A model generated the notes under the pieces. It had not been told where the DNA came from. It saw only the letters and a list, made by a program, of their open reading frames with translations, and searched no databases. Both the position numbers and the translations under genes were made by a program. 64,000 nt of DNA from contig CAVUWV010000020.1 in the NCBI GenBank assembly GCA_963745075.1, positions 32,001 through 96,000 of the forward strand. The letters are read 5' to 3'. The DNA comes from Candidatus Hydrogenedentota bacterium (GTDB lineage Bacteria > Hydrogenedentota > Hydrogenedentia > Hydrogenedentales > SLHB01). The first letter of the stretch is position 1. Each line of letters starts with the position of its first letter. Of this stretch, positions 19,072-29,901 are shown piece after piece.

Positions 19072-20688
19072 ATGCTTCATCCCGCTCTTTACAAACTCCT
19101 GATGCTGCGCCTCCGTGGGACGCGGCGGCGGATGTTGCGCGGCGTCAAAACGCCCAAGGGCGCAGTTTTTTTTGGGACGGGGATTCTGGTGTTTGCGGCG
19201 TGGCTCGGGCCCAGCGTCGTTTCTGCATTTCAAGGAACCACAACCGACCCGGGCCAGGTCGAGGCGGCGATGCCGCTGGTCATCGTGGGGATGTGTTTGC
19301 TCACCCTAATCAGTTCAGCCGGCGAACGGGCCATCTATTTCAGCCCGGGCGAAGTCGAGTTTCTGTTTCCCGGCCCCTTTGGACGGCGGGAACTGCTGGG
19401 TTACAAGGTATTAGGGCTACTGGTCGGCGTTCTGTTCAGTTCCGTTATTTTTACCGCTGTTTTCGTGCGGTTCGCGCCGTCCGTGCTTGCGGCTTTTGCC
19501 GGTGTCTTTTTGTCGCTCGTCTTTGTCCAGCTATTCAGCATGAGCTTGCTGCTGGTGGGACAGATGATGGCGGAAAGCGCCTATTCACGAGTCCGCAAGG
19601 TCGTGTTGCTTGGACTTGGCGTCGTTCTCGCCGTAGCGCTCGGTCCGGCCATCGCCATGCGGGGTTCGGGAAACTTCGGCGCTGCCATTCTGAAAGCGCA
19701 AGAGACGCCGTGGATTCACTATGCGCTGTTGCCGCTGAAACCCTTCGGACGGGCGGTCGCGGCGCAGCACGTGTTTCCGGATCTGGTTCTGTGGGCCGGT
19801 GTGGCCGTGGCGATCAACGTCGGCTTGTTCCTGTTCATCATTTGGCTCGATGCAGAGTATCGCGAGACGGCGATCGGCGTGAGCCAGCGACTGTATGCGC
19901 GGTTTCAACGGGCGCAGCGCAGCGGCATGGCCCCCACGGCGGCGACGTCGAAAGGCCGCGTCCCGCAATTCCCACGTTGGGGGGGCGTCGGGCCAACGGC
20001 GTGGCGGCAAGCGACGAACGCGGTGCGCAACGCGCGCAGTTTGATAATGATTCTGCTCCTGGTGGCGCTGGCCATTGGGATTCCGACCGTGGCGAAGGGC
20101 GGCGACCAAGGCAAGATTTGGCCGATGACGCTGGCCATGGCCATCTGGCTTACACTCTTCCTATCGATGATGGTCCGGTTCGATTTTCGGTCGGATATCG
20201 AGCAGATGGACTGGTTGAAGATGTTACCGCTGAATCCTTGGGCTCTGGTTACGGGGCAGATCGCGGTGCCCGTTGCGCTCTGTTCGATTCTCCAAATCGC
20301 CCTCGTGGCCTTCACGGTGCGGATTGCGGGCCGACCCGAGATTCTACTCGCGACGGTACTGTTCGCACCGCCGTTCAATATTCTGCTGTTTGGTATCGAG
20401 AACGCGTTGTTTCTGCTCGCGCCGACAAAGGTAGTCGCGTTCAGTCCCGGCGACTTTCAGGTGTTCGGGCGACAACTCCTCTTCATGCTCGTCAAGATCA
20501 TCCTGGTCACGATGGCGGGGTGCGTGGCCTTCGGCGGGGGAGCGGTAGTCTATCTCCTCACGGGTTCGTCGATGGTCCCGGCCATCGGGTTTGGCTGGGT
20601 TCTCCTGACCGCGCAGGCATTGGCGATGATCCCGTTAACGGCGTGGGCCTATCGCCGGTTCGACGTAAGTTTGGATACCCCGGTGTAA
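19072..20688 (+). CDS. Putative ABC exporter permease
   Basis: Multi-TM protein with EVEFLFPGPFGRRELL motif directly downstream of the ATPase. Confidence 0.8.
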   Translation: MLHPALYKLLMLRLRGTRRRMLRGVKTPKGAVFFGTGILVFAAWLGPSVVSAFQGTTTDPGQVEAAMPLVIVGMCLLTLISSAGERAIYFSPGEVEFLFPGPFGRRELLGYKVLGLLVGVLFSSVIFTAVFVRFAPSVLAAFAGVFLSLVFVQLFSMSLLLVGQMMAESAYSRVRKVVLLGLGVVLAVALGPAIAMRGSGNFGAAILKAQETPWIHYALLPLKPFGRAVAAQHVFPDLVLWAGVAVAINVGLFLFIIWLDAEYRETAIGVSQRLYARFQRAQRSGMAPTAATSKGRVPQFPRWGGVGPTAWRQATNAVRNARSLIMILLLVALAIGIPTVAKGGDQGKIWPMTLAMAIWLTLFLSMMVRFDFRSDIEQMDWLKMLPLNPWALVTGQIAVPVALCSILQIALVAFTVRIAGRPEILLATVLFAPPFNILLFGIENALFLLAPTKVVAFSPGDFQVFGRQLLFMLVKIILVTMAGCVAFGGGAVVYLLTGSSMVPAIGFGWVLLTAQALAMIPLTAWAYRRFDVSLDTPV

Positions 20689-20716
20689 TACGATTCACGA
20701 CGGGCGTTGGAATGGA

Positions 20717-21712
20717 CTACCCCCGCTTTGGAATCTCCACTTGCCGGCCTTCGCGGAACGCGAGGTAGGCGTGCTCCATCAATTCGGTGAGCTGCGTGCC
20801 TTCTTCGAGGCCGAAGGGGATGGGCGCATTGTTGAGAACGCCGTCGACCCAGATGCGTTCGGGGCGGGGCAGGGCTTCCGGCAAAGGTTCCGGCGTGATC
20901 CACTTTTCGGGATCAAGCTTATTGGACCGGATCTGCACGCGATCCTCATCCGCACCACCGACGAACAGGGTGCCTCCCGTGCCGGTTAGTTCCATGGAGA
21001 ACGAGCCGTTTGCCGTCATGAAACCGGTTTCCACGATGCCGATGCAGCCGCTTTCAAAAACGACCGTGCAAACCGCGTTGTCTTCGACTTCGTGATCGGT
21101 CATGAAGGTGAAAGTCGACGATATCTTCACCGGCCGGCCGCCAATCCAGCGCGCGAGGTACATGGGATGGGCGCCCAGATCCATCATGGCGCCGCCGCCG
21201 GTCCCCACGGGGTCCCAGAAATGGGGCGGCAACCACCCCGCGCTGCCCGCGTCGTGGGCCTCGCGCACGCGCAGCGAGGTGAGTTGGCCGAGGAGTCCGT
21301 CCTGCACGGCCTTGTGGGCGTACAGCGTCGCGGATCGCGTGCGGAACGGGAAGGAGATGCAGAATTTCACGCCCGCCTTCTTGACAGCGGCGCTGATGCG
21401 GTCGCATTCGGCCACGGTCAGGGCCAGGACCTTTTCCGTAAAGATGTGTTTGCCCGCTTCCGCAGCGGCGGCCATGATGTCGGCGTGCATGTTGGAGGGC
21501 GCATCAACGACGACCCCATCCACGTCGGAGCGCGCGAGCACGTCGTCCAAATTCGGCACCCAGTCCGCGTTCAATTCCTTCGCCCACTCCTCGCCGCGTT
21601 CGGGGACTTCGTCCCACACGGCGGTGATGGTCACCTCGGGCATCGCCCCCAGTCTCTCCGCGTAGCCCTTTGCATGGGCATGCCATTTGCTCAACATGGC
21701 GACATTTAACAT
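20717..21712 (-). CDS. Gfo/Idh/MocA family oxidoreductase (cytoplasmic)
   Basis: AGKHIFTEK, GGGAMMDLGAH and VEDNA. Confidence 0.9.
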   Translation of the reverse strand: MLNVAMLSKWHAHAKGYAERLGAMPEVTITAVWDEVPERGEEWAKELNADWVPNLDDVLARSDVDGVVVDAPSNMHADIMAAAAEAGKHIFTEKVLALTVAECDRISAAVKKAGVKFCISFPFRTRSATLYAHKAVQDGLLGQLTSLRVREAHDAGSAGWLPPHFWDPVGTGGGAMMDLGAHPMYLARWIGGRPVKISSTFTFMTDHEVEDNAVCTVVFESGCIGIVETGFMTANGSFSMELTGTGGTLFVGGADEDRVQIRSNKLDPEKWITPEPLPEALPRPERIWVDGVLNNAPIPFGLEEGTQLTELMEHAYLAFREGRQVEIPKRG

Positions 21713-21839
21713 TCCGGTATCCCCTTTCGTACTGCGTCCTTCCGCTGCACTCGCTGATCTTGCCTTTGACACGTGCGAGCAACAATCGCGCAATCCTACG
21801 TCTCGGACGGCGGGACACGCAAACTGATTCCACAAGCGT

Positions 21840-21920
21840 GTCATCCTGAGCGTCAGCGAAGGATCTCATTTTCGTCGAGCGCTTGGGGCAATGAGATCCT
21901 TCGCTGACGCTCAGGATGAC
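21840..21920. repeat. Perfect 31-bp inverted repeat (REP-like palindromic element)
   Basis: gtcatcctgagcgtcagcgaaggatctcatt (21840-21870) and its exact reverse complement (21890-21920), 19-nt loop. Confidence 0.92.
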
Positions 21921-22079
21921 GGCGTACGTCTCATTCCAAGAAACCCAACCGTCCGGCCAGATGGACGTTCATTTGAGCGTGAGAGATTGAATCCACGTGG
22001 GGGCACCCTATGTTACAATAGTACATATCAGACGCGATTGAACGATCTGTTCAATTCTCGGGAAGGGAGTCTCCGCCCC

Positions 22080-22649
22080 ATGGACAAGGACATCATCCAC
22101 GAGATGCCAGTAGACGACATCGTCGTGGAATTCGACCTGCGGCCGCTGTTTCACGTTCTGACGATCATCGGCGGTTCGGTCGTCGCGTCCATCGTATATG
22201 GCATTCTGCACGACCTCGTCACCGCGCACGTGTGCGTCGAATACTTCACCGTTGCCCATACCCGGATCGTCGATACCGAGAACCCGGTTGTTCTGGCCCT
22301 GGTTTGGGGCGTCGTCACGACGTGGTGGATGGGACTCGGGTTGGGCGTACTGCTGGCCATCGCGTGCCGGGCTGGCAAGAAGCCAAAGCGAACGTTTCGC
22401 GATGTAGCCCCGGCGATCGGAAAACTGCTCGCGGTGATGGCGGGTTGCGCCGTGGTCGCTGGGCTGACGGGGTACCTTCTTACAAAGGGTGGAATGTTCA
22501 TGCTTCCGGGATTCTTTCCCAAGCTTCTGCCACCGGAGATGCACGCCCGTTTCGCGGCCGATCTTTGGGCGCACAGCGCTAGTTACGCGTCCGGGGCGAT
22601 TGGGGGATTGATTGTGATCTGGCGGGTGTGGCGGGGAAGAAGAACGTAA
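22080..22649 (+). CDS. Hypothetical membrane protein
   Basis: Four hydrophobic segments; YGILHD..TAHVCVEYFT and HSASY motifs look conserved. Confidence 0.7.
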   Translation: MDKDIIHEMPVDDIVVEFDLRPLFHVLTIIGGSVVASIVYGILHDLVTAHVCVEYFTVAHTRIVDTENPVVLALVWGVVTTWWMGLGLGVLLAIACRAGKKPKRTFRDVAPAIGKLLAVMAGCAVVAGLTGYLLTKGGMFMLPGFFPKLLPPEMHARFAADLWAHSASYASGAIGGLIVIWRVWRGRRT

Positions 22650-22698
22650 GCGTTCGCACTGTGCGTTGTTGGTTTGTCTGAAGAGGGGATACGGGCTC

Positions 22699-23352
22699 AT
22701 GATTCATTTGCCACCGTTCGTTGAAATGTTGCCCTATATGTGGGCATTCCTCATTCCTTTGCCGCTATTGGCATTCTCGCTTCAGCGGCGTTCTCGCAAG
22801 GGACGGATTGTGGGGAGTTTTCTCTTACTCGTTTCTTTGTCTTCGCTAGTCTACATCGTGTACTTGCTCGATGTGGTGGCGCTGGCGACGCTTCGAAGCC
22901 TATTCCTCTACGGTGTAACAGTCGTAGCGTTTGGTCTGTGCGGGGTTGTCTACGCGCTGCACCATTCAAAGATCACGATCGCCGTGGGAGCCGCCGCCAT
23001 CGCATGCATCCTCATATTGCGATTCGTCGACACGAGCGCGAGAAAGCCATTTATGCGGTTCTACGAAGGGATTCACGCGGGAATGCCAACGGGTGACATC
23101 GAGGACCTGTTAGCGAAGCAATTCCCGTCGCGCGGCAGGTATACTCGCCCTCCAAAAATCATGTGGGACGTATTTGGACTGGAACTTCGACTGGAACCAC
23201 AAGATGGAACGGGCGGTACCGAGCGAATTGGCGTCCTCACCCGCGGAGATGAGGTGGCGGACAGACAATATATCCCGGATAGTCGAATCAACTTCGATAA
23301 CACGCTCGGTAGTATCTTTGGTGTACGAGCCGAGAAAAGGGGGTTCGAGTAA
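22699..23352 (+). CDS. Hypothetical membrane protein
   Basis: Four N-terminal TM helices plus a soluble C-terminal domain; GAGGGG upstream of ATG. Confidence 0.6.
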   Translation: MIHLPPFVEMLPYMWAFLIPLPLLAFSLQRRSRKGRIVGSFLLLVSLSSLVYIVYLLDVVALATLRSLFLYGVTVVAFGLCGVVYALHHSKITIAVGAAAIACILILRFVDTSARKPFMRFYEGIHAGMPTGDIEDLLAKQFPSRGRYTRPPKIMWDVFGLELRLEPQDGTGGTERIGVLTRGDEVADRQYIPDSRINFDNTLGSIFGVRAEKRGFE

Positions 23353-23385
23353 GCGGTGCAGCGCCGCAGGCAAGCCTGCTTCGTG

Positions 23386-23414
23386 AAAGCAGCCGCAAGC
23401 GGCCGCACTCCAAA
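23386..23414. repeat. Single REP-like hairpin (TTTGGAGTGCGGCCGCTTGCGGCTGCTTT on the minus strand)
   Basis: gcagccgc-aa-gcggccgc stem followed by actccaaa, between convergent genes. Confidence 0.55.
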
Positions 23415-23458
23415 GTGCGTTTGCACAAAGTTGGCCTAAGCGCCGGAGTGGTTCTCTC

Positions 23459-25813
23459 CTACCCACGCGGACTCCACAGGAATACCCGACGGTGGAGTCC
23501 GCCGCGGGGGTTGCGACCGGGGATTTCGGTTTGGACGAGGATGGCGACGTGGTTGGTTTCGCCGGGGTGGATGAGGTCGGTCACGTCGACATCGAAGGGG
23601 GCGATGTGCTCCTGGTAGCCGAGGCGCCAGTGGCGGGTGAGTTCGAAGGGGCGTAGGACACCGTTGACCCAGACCCAGACGCCGGTGTTGTACACGCCGC
23701 CGACGGTGAGGCGGTACTCGGTGCCCTCGGGCGCGGTTGGCACGTCGAAGGCCGTGCGGTACCAGGCCTTGCCCCAGTAGCCCCAGCCTTTGTCGTCCTG
23801 GTAACCCTGGGTCTCCCAGTTCCGCGTGATGTCGATGGGCTTCCAGCCTTTGACGACTCCGGGCTGGTACCAGCGGTAGAGAATGCCCATGTCTTCGGGG
23901 TCGGTCTTGAACTCCCATTCGCGGGGCAGCATGGTGACGAGGTCGCCCACGGGACCGTTCATACGATCGGCAAAGCCCTGGTAGGTGGCGCGGAATGATT
24001 CGACGCTGGACGAGTGGTTCTTGGCGATTTCGGACGAAAATGGAATCAGTCCGTGCTTGATGTTTTCGGCTTCGCCGCGGATGGCGAGCATGCGGTCGGC
24101 GTGTTCGACGGCGGACGCGAACTCGCAGTCGGCCGCGGCGGTTTCCATGGCGAGGTATTCCATCATGTGGTCGTGGGTCAGGCGCAGCACGTGGACGCGA
24201 GTCGCGTGCGGGTTCGTCTGTGGCTAAGCGTTCGGCCTTTGCGATGAGCGCGTTTAGCTTATCCGTTACCGGAGGTAAGATCAGGCGCCACTGCATGAGG
24301 CGGCCCCAGGTTTCGTGGGTGGTCGTGTCCTCGACCGCTTTCTCGAGAGTCCAGATGTAGTCCTCGACCGGTTTCGCGGCCTCACCGTAGAACCGTCGGC
24401 AATACTCATGGACGAGCGCGTCCACGTCCGCGTCGGCGTCCCACATGAGCTTGGCCCGGACGAAGTAGTTGAGGTGAGTCGTCATCCAGGAGTTGGAGCC
24501 CTCGGTCCAGAATCCCCAGACGCCGATATCGCGGAAGTAGGGCAAGTCATGCTTGATGCAATGCAGCGTGGGAAAGGGGAGGTTCTCCAGCGATTTCGCG
24601 GGGTCGTAGTCGTAAATCAACACGGGATCGATGGAGATCGGTCCAGCGGTCCATGACCTGCTGGTACACGAGGCGTTGCCAGCATCGCGGGTCGCCGGTG
24701 CGGTGAATGGAACAGGCGGCGATGACAGCGGACTGGATGCCGAGGTTCGGTGAGAGTTCAGCGAAGACCTCGGGCGGCCGGACGCGGTTTGCGTAGCCGT
24801 TGGTGAGAACCCAGCGATCGGGGAATTCTTTGTAGACCTCGACGGCGATCTTGTTGGCGAAGGAAAACCACAGGTCGCTCAGGCTCGGATCGCCGTAGCC
24901 TTTGCCGCCGAACCCGGGATAGAAACGCTGGCACCGTTCGCAGTAGCACATGGGGAATCCATCGGGCGGGGCGAAGCCGAAGGTCAGCACGTTCGGGATT
25001 CTCGCGAAAGGTCTTCTTGATGGTCTCGACGGCGATACGGATGGTTTCGGGTTCGGACATGCACAGCATGTCCTTCTGCCGGTTTCCGTCCTTATCGAGG
25101 GCGAAGATTTCCGGATGCGTTTCGTAATAGCTCGTATCGGGCACGAGCCGCATGATGGACCCGTCGCCCGGCAGGCTGACCTTCAATGAATTGAGCTTGT
25201 TCCGCTCGAACCAATCCTGAAATTCCGCGCGGGCCGTTTCGTCAGCCGGCATCCAGCCCGAGTACCACAGATTGCGGATGCGAAAGCTGGGCCGCTCGAT
25301 ACGGTCGAGGGCTCCGACTTTGAGTGTGTCCATGTGAGGCAGCACCTCGCCGTACTCACCGGGGAAATACCAGCGGCAACCGAGGTCCGTCTCCAGAAAG
25401 TCGTATACGGCGAACAGCGTTCCGCGATAGTTCCAGTCTTCATTGCCGACGAGGACCAGAGTATCGCCGACGGTCTTGACAATGATCGCCTCTTCATTCA
25501 TGCGCGATGTATGCCCGGAGGGAACCGCAACGTTCAACGCCTGGACAGCGGCGCTACGTCCCACAAGGATCCGATTGCCTTCGACCGGTTCCGATTCCTT
25601 CGCAATGGGCAATTCAGCGCCAGTAATCTTTTTGACGTAGGTCTGCAACACCTCCGCTGCATACTTCGCCTGGTCGGACGGTGCGTTGGATAGAATGATG
25701 GTCGCCGTCGGCTGTCCTGCGTCGACGAGCGAAATGTCCGCGTGCACAGCGACGGGCAGAACGAGAGCCGTCAGACTCGATATAACACAATATCGGAGAA
25801 TGGTACGTAACAC
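23459..25813 (-). CDS. Secreted DUF4838-like glycoside-hydrolase-related protein with C-terminal sugar-binding domain; about three frameshifts (near 24990, 24630, 24200)
   Basis: Signal peptide; GH20/GH67-like N-domain (GTLFAVYDFLE.LGCRWY, RPSFRIR); CYCERC; YVRAKLMWD; WEFKTDP..G and G.AWYRT.F; pieces lie in successive frames. Confidence 0.75.
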
Positions 25814-25891
25814 GGATTCAACTCCTCACGAGGTTTCGGTTGAGCTGCCATCGTAGCATGGGACCAAGTATCAGGCGAATCGTGGCGGTAT

Positions 25892-25983
25892 AGTAGACGC
25901 GGCTTCCAGCCGCGTTGATTCTTCGTCTCCTTGCGGATCTTAGAACGCCTTAAGAACTAACGCGGCTGGAAGCCGCGTCTACT
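25892..25983. repeat. Inverted pair of GTAG-type REP sequences (BIME-like)
   Basis: agtagacgcggcttccagccgcgtt (25892-25916) and its exact reverse complement (25959-25983); each is GTAG plus an ACGCGGCT-TCC-AGCCGCGT hairpin. Confidence 0.9.
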
Positions 25984-26046
25984 TTGGCGGCCGCTATCCT
26001 TTGCTTTGGGATCCGGGTATCATATGGCGCTGAGGTGGAGGGCACC

Positions 26047-27642
26047 ATGAACATATCGCGTCGTACATTTATGAAATTAGGAGCCGCAGGGACGGCGGCA
26101 ACGCTTGCCTCGCATCCGTTGCACGCCTTGGAAGCGGGACGAACCGGCAGTCGCAGGTATCATGTTTGCGCCGCGCCGAGCGTGCTCCAGGCGAATCCGG
26201 AGTTGTTGCACGTATTCGCTAAGGCGGGCGTCGGCCACGTTTGGATGGCGGGGTTCTTCTACGGCTACTGGCCGGTCGAACCGGAGGTCATTCAGCGCTG
26301 GATGGGACGGGTGGAAGACGCAGGGATGACGCCGCACGTCATCAACATTCCGCTCGGGCATCCGGGGGATTCGTTAGGCGCGCCCGGCGACACCGTGGCA
26401 CTGGTTCCGCCAAGCCATTGGCGCATGGCGGCGCGTCCCGACGGAACGACGTATTCGGGCACGTCACTCCACGCGCCTGCTACGGAGGAAAATGTGGCCG
26501 CGATGAAGCGCCTCGCTCCTCTGGGCGTGGACCGCGTGTTTCTCGACGACGATTTCCGGCTGGCCGTCGGACCGGGCGTCATCGGCGGCTGCTTTTGCGA
26601 CGAACACCGCGACGCATTTCTGACCAAATACGGCTACGCGGCAGAACAATGGCCGGCGTTGTTGGACGATGTGAAGGCGCGGCGCTTGTCTCCCCTGCTC
26701 CGTTCATGGGTCGAGTTCACCTGCGACCAGCTCACCGCTTGCTTTCGGGCGCAGCAGGCGGCGGCTCCCAACATCGAACTGGGCAATATGATCATGTACT
26801 TCGGCGCGGAGAAGGCCGGGATCCGGGTGGCCGACTATGCGAACGGGCCGTTCCGCGTAGGTGAACTCATGTTCAACGACAAGAGCTTTGCGCCAGTGAA
26901 GGGCAAGACCAACGAACTGTATAGTTGCCTGTTCCACCGCCGTTACGCCAAACCCGACCTGGCCTTCAGTGAGACGACGGCCTTCCCGGCGGACCAATTG
27001 TCCGCGCCGAACATGGCCGCGAAACTGGCGGTCTCCACCATCGCAGATGTCCGCAACACCATGTACATGTCCGGCATCACGCCGTTTCCTGTGACTCATT
27101 GGGATGTGCTCGCGCCCGCAATGAAGAAGCATGCGGCGATCCACGAACGGCTCGCCGGACACAAGCCCGCCGGACCCTTCAAACATTACTGGGGCGAAGC
27201 CAGCCGATACATCGGAGACGACAATCCGTACAGCCTTTTTCTGGCAGCCGGCGTGCCCTTCGAAGTGGTCGATAGACCCGGCACCGATGGCTGGACCTTT
27301 CTCTCCGAATGGGAGGCGCGTGATGTCGTAGAGGGAAAGATTCCGTCGCCGGGTACCACCTTCGTTACACGACAGACTTCCGTGTCGAATTCCCCGGGTC
27401 TCCGTGCCATCCCGGAGGAACTGCCTGCGTTGTTCGAGTTCAAACGCAGCATCGCGACAGACTTGCAGGACATCCCACACGTCGTCGAAGACGAACCCGC
27501 CGTTTGCGCGTGGTACCCGACGGCGCGCGCGGTGCTGCTGTGGAACCTGTCGGAGACCCCAAAAACGATCTCCGTAGCATTAGGCGATCGGCGATTGCCC
27601 GTGGAGCTGGGTGCGCTCGATGTTTCACTGATTGATACGTGA
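26047..27642 (+). CDS. Tat-exported hypothetical protein, possibly a TIM-barrel glycoside hydrolase-like enzyme
   Basis: SRRTFMK twin-arginine signal; FLDDDFR..GGCFCDEH motif reminiscent of GH42/GHL-type enzymes. Confidence 0.6.
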   Translation: MNISRRTFMKLGAAGTAATLASHPLHALEAGRTGSRRYHVCAAPSVLQANPELLHVFAKAGVGHVWMAGFFYGYWPVEPEVIQRWMGRVEDAGMTPHVINIPLGHPGDSLGAPGDTVALVPPSHWRMAARPDGTTYSGTSLHAPATEENVAAMKRLAPLGVDRVFLDDDFRLAVGPGVIGGCFCDEHRDAFLTKYGYAAEQWPALLDDVKARRLSPLLRSWVEFTCDQLTACFRAQQAAAPNIELGNMIMYFGAEKAGIRVADYANGPFRVGELMFNDKSFAPVKGKTNELYSCLFHRRYAKPDLAFSETTAFPADQLSAPNMAAKLAVSTIADVRNTMYMSGITPFPVTHWDVLAPAMKKHAAIHERLAGHKPAGPFKHYWGEASRYIGDDNPYSLFLAAGVPFEVVDRPGTDGWTFLSEWEARDVVEGKIPSPGTTFVTRQTSVSNSPGLRAIPEELPALFEFKRSIATDLQDIPHVVEDEPAVCAWYPTARAVLLWNLSETPKTISVALGDRRLPVELGALDVSLIDT

Positions 27643-27811
27643 CGTATGTCACCAATTTCACACTTCCTGTCTATGAAGACCATTCCGTTTTAGCCGGGGA
27701 AGGTATAGAATTGCGGTGTGAATTTCGGTAAGCGTCCACGGCGGGCGCAACGCCGGTAGTCTGATTCCGGGGGGAGTCGGCTTGGCAACGCAATCGGTAA
27801 AAGGGGGAACC

Positions 27812-28966
27812 ATGAACGAATCCAATCGACACGACATTGTGAATCGTCGAACGTTTTTTGCCCAAGGGGCCGCCGGTATGGGACTGACCGTGGCCGGGTC
27901 GCTGGCCCAGGCGCAGGAAGGTGCTCCGGCCGTGCCGGGGGAAGTGCCCATGCGTACGCTGGGTCAAACCGGAATGAAGGTCAGCGAAGTAAGCGCGGGC
28001 GCCATGCGGACCTCCGAAGCGGCGGTGCTCCAGGCGGCCTTCGACCGGGGTGTCAACTACGTCGACACGGCCCACTGTTACATGGGCGGCCGCAACGAGC
28101 ACATCGTGGCCGAAGCCATCAAGGGACGGCGGGACAAGCTGTTCGTGGCCACGAAGGTCCACGTAGTGACACCGAAGGCGGACGTGATTAAGTCGCTCGA
28201 GGAAAGCCTGAAAGCGTTGGGAACGGACCATGTGGACATCCTGCAGCTCCACATGCCGCCGGTGGAGAACGTGCTGCACGCGGACGCCAAAGCGGCCTGC
28301 GCGGAACTCAAGCAGCAGGGCAAAATTCGCTTCGCCGGCGTGACCACGCACAGCAACCAGGTGGAGGTGCTGGATGCCGTGACGAACGACCCGGACCACT
28401 TCTACGACACGGTGCTGGTGGCGTACAACTTTGAAAGTCCGCCGGAAATCGGGGCGGCCATCGACCGTGCCGCCAAGGCGGGCGTGGGCATTATCGCCAT
28501 GAAGACCCAGGCGGGCGGATACAAGACGGATACGATGGCGGGGGCGACGCCGCATCAGGCCGCGATCAAATGGGTTTTGCAGAATCCGAACGTGCACACC
28601 TGCATTCCGGCGATGGTCAATCTGCAGCAGGTCGTCGAAGATACCGGCGCGATGGGGCTGAAATTGACGCGGGCCGACGAGGAGGCACTGGCGGAGTATG
28701 CGCGGTTCACGCGGTCCCGGTATTGCCGGCTTTGCCAGGAGTGCGTGAAGACCTGCCCGTTGGGGGTCGACATTCCGACGGTCAACCGGTCGCTCATGTA
28801 CGCCGAAGGATACAACGACTACGGACTGGCAAAAGAGACGTACGCACGCGTGCCGCTGGCGCAATCGGCATCGGTCTGCGCAGACTGCGCGACGTGTACG
28901 GCGCGTTGCGTCAAAGGGGTGAACATCTCCGGTAACATGGCGCGCGCACACGTGTTATTTGCATAA
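27812..28966 (+). CDS. Aldo/keto reductase with C-terminal 4Fe-4S dicluster and Tat-like leader
   Basis: NRRTFF, RTLGQTG, GVNYVDTAHCY, ATK, AMKT, CRLCQECVKTCP and CADCATCTARC. Confidence 0.9.
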   Translation: MNESNRHDIVNRRTFFAQGAAGMGLTVAGSLAQAQEGAPAVPGEVPMRTLGQTGMKVSEVSAGAMRTSEAAVLQAAFDRGVNYVDTAHCYMGGRNEHIVAEAIKGRRDKLFVATKVHVVTPKADVIKSLEESLKALGTDHVDILQLHMPPVENVLHADAKAACAELKQQGKIRFAGVTTHSNQVEVLDAVTNDPDHFYDTVLVAYNFESPPEIGAAIDRAAKAGVGIIAMKTQAGGYKTDTMAGATPHQAAIKWVLQNPNVHTCIPAMVNLQQVVEDTGAMGLKLTRADEEALAEYARFTRSRYCRLCQECVKTCPLGVDIPTVNRSLMYAEGYNDYGLAKETYARVPLAQSASVCADCATCTARCVKGVNISGNMARAHVLFA

Positions 28967-28977
28967 AGGAACTTACG

Positions 28978-29901
28978 ATGCTGTCGATCTATAAAGGGGC
29001 GCATTCCGCCCTGGGCATGGCTTTCGTCTTCATATTGGTGGCGGGGTGCGCCACAACGGGCAGTCACATTGAGTTGACAAACACCTTGCCCCCTTCGGAT
29101 ATCGGTGACGGCTGGCACGCCACCGACCCAGTTGCAGTGTTCGATACGGAGACCATTTTCAACCATATCGACGGCGAATCCGAATTGTTCTTTCCCTACG
29201 GATTTCGCGGCGCCGCGTATGTGTCATATGCCAACGAACAATACGCCGACGTGACGATTGAAGCGGATGTTTATGAAATGGGGTCCTCCCTCGACGCCTT
29301 CGGAGTCTACTCAAACTTCCGGTATCCCGATGCCGACCTGATTACGCTGGGGTGCGAGGGGTTTATCAGCGACCAACAACTGATGTTCTATTCGGATGTG
29401 TATTTCGTGAAGCTGACGGTGGTCGGCTCGCTGAGAGACGGGCGGAACGCGTTGGAGGTCTGTGCGGACTCGATTCGAAGACGCCTGCCGAAGTCGTCCC
29501 AGCCGCCGAAGGAACTCGAGCTTGTCGCGGTGGACGGCGTCATCCCCGAGACGGAAATGTATATCGCGGACAGTCTCCTCGGATACGAATTCTTCCCGAA
29601 AGGTTTCGTGGCGAAGGCGGGCACGGAAGAGGCACCGGATCGCATATTTGTGTCAATCTTTGACGATTCCGCCGGCGCCGCGGAGGCCCTGCACGCTTAT
29701 CGCGCGTATCTGGAGAAGAACGGCGCCTCGATAAGCGACACAACCGCCGGCGCAACCCCATGCCAAGCCGCGATGGACCCGCTATACAAGGGTGTAGCCT
29801 TCGCGCAGTGCGGGCCGTATGTATACGGAGTCATCGGTTACGCGGACACGGCCTACGTTCCGGCGATCTTCGAGGCGCTTGCGTCCCATCTGAACTCCTG
29901 A
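28978..29901 (+). CDS. DUF6599-like lipoprotein
   Basis: LVAGC lipobox; FNHIDGESE.F..YGF and YEMGS.LDAFGVYS. Confidence 0.7.
   Translation: MLSIYKGAHSALGMAFVFILVAGCATTGSHIELTNTLPPSDIGDGWHATDPVAVFDTETIFNHIDGESELFFPYGFRGAAYVSYANEQYADVTIEADVYEMGSSLDAFGVYSNFRYPDADLITLGCEGFISDQQLMFYSDVYFVKLTVVGSLRDGRNALEVCADSIRRRLPKSSQPPKELELVAVDGVIPETEMYIADSLLGYEFFPKGFVAKAGTEEAPDRIFVSIFDDSAGAAEALHAYRAYLEKNGASISDTTAGATPCQAAMDPLYKGVAFAQCGPYVYGVIGYADTAYVPAIFEALASHLNS

Noticed and set aside
21838..21925. Two ORFs both starting MRSFADAQD on opposite strands
   Set aside because: Artefact of the perfect palindrome.
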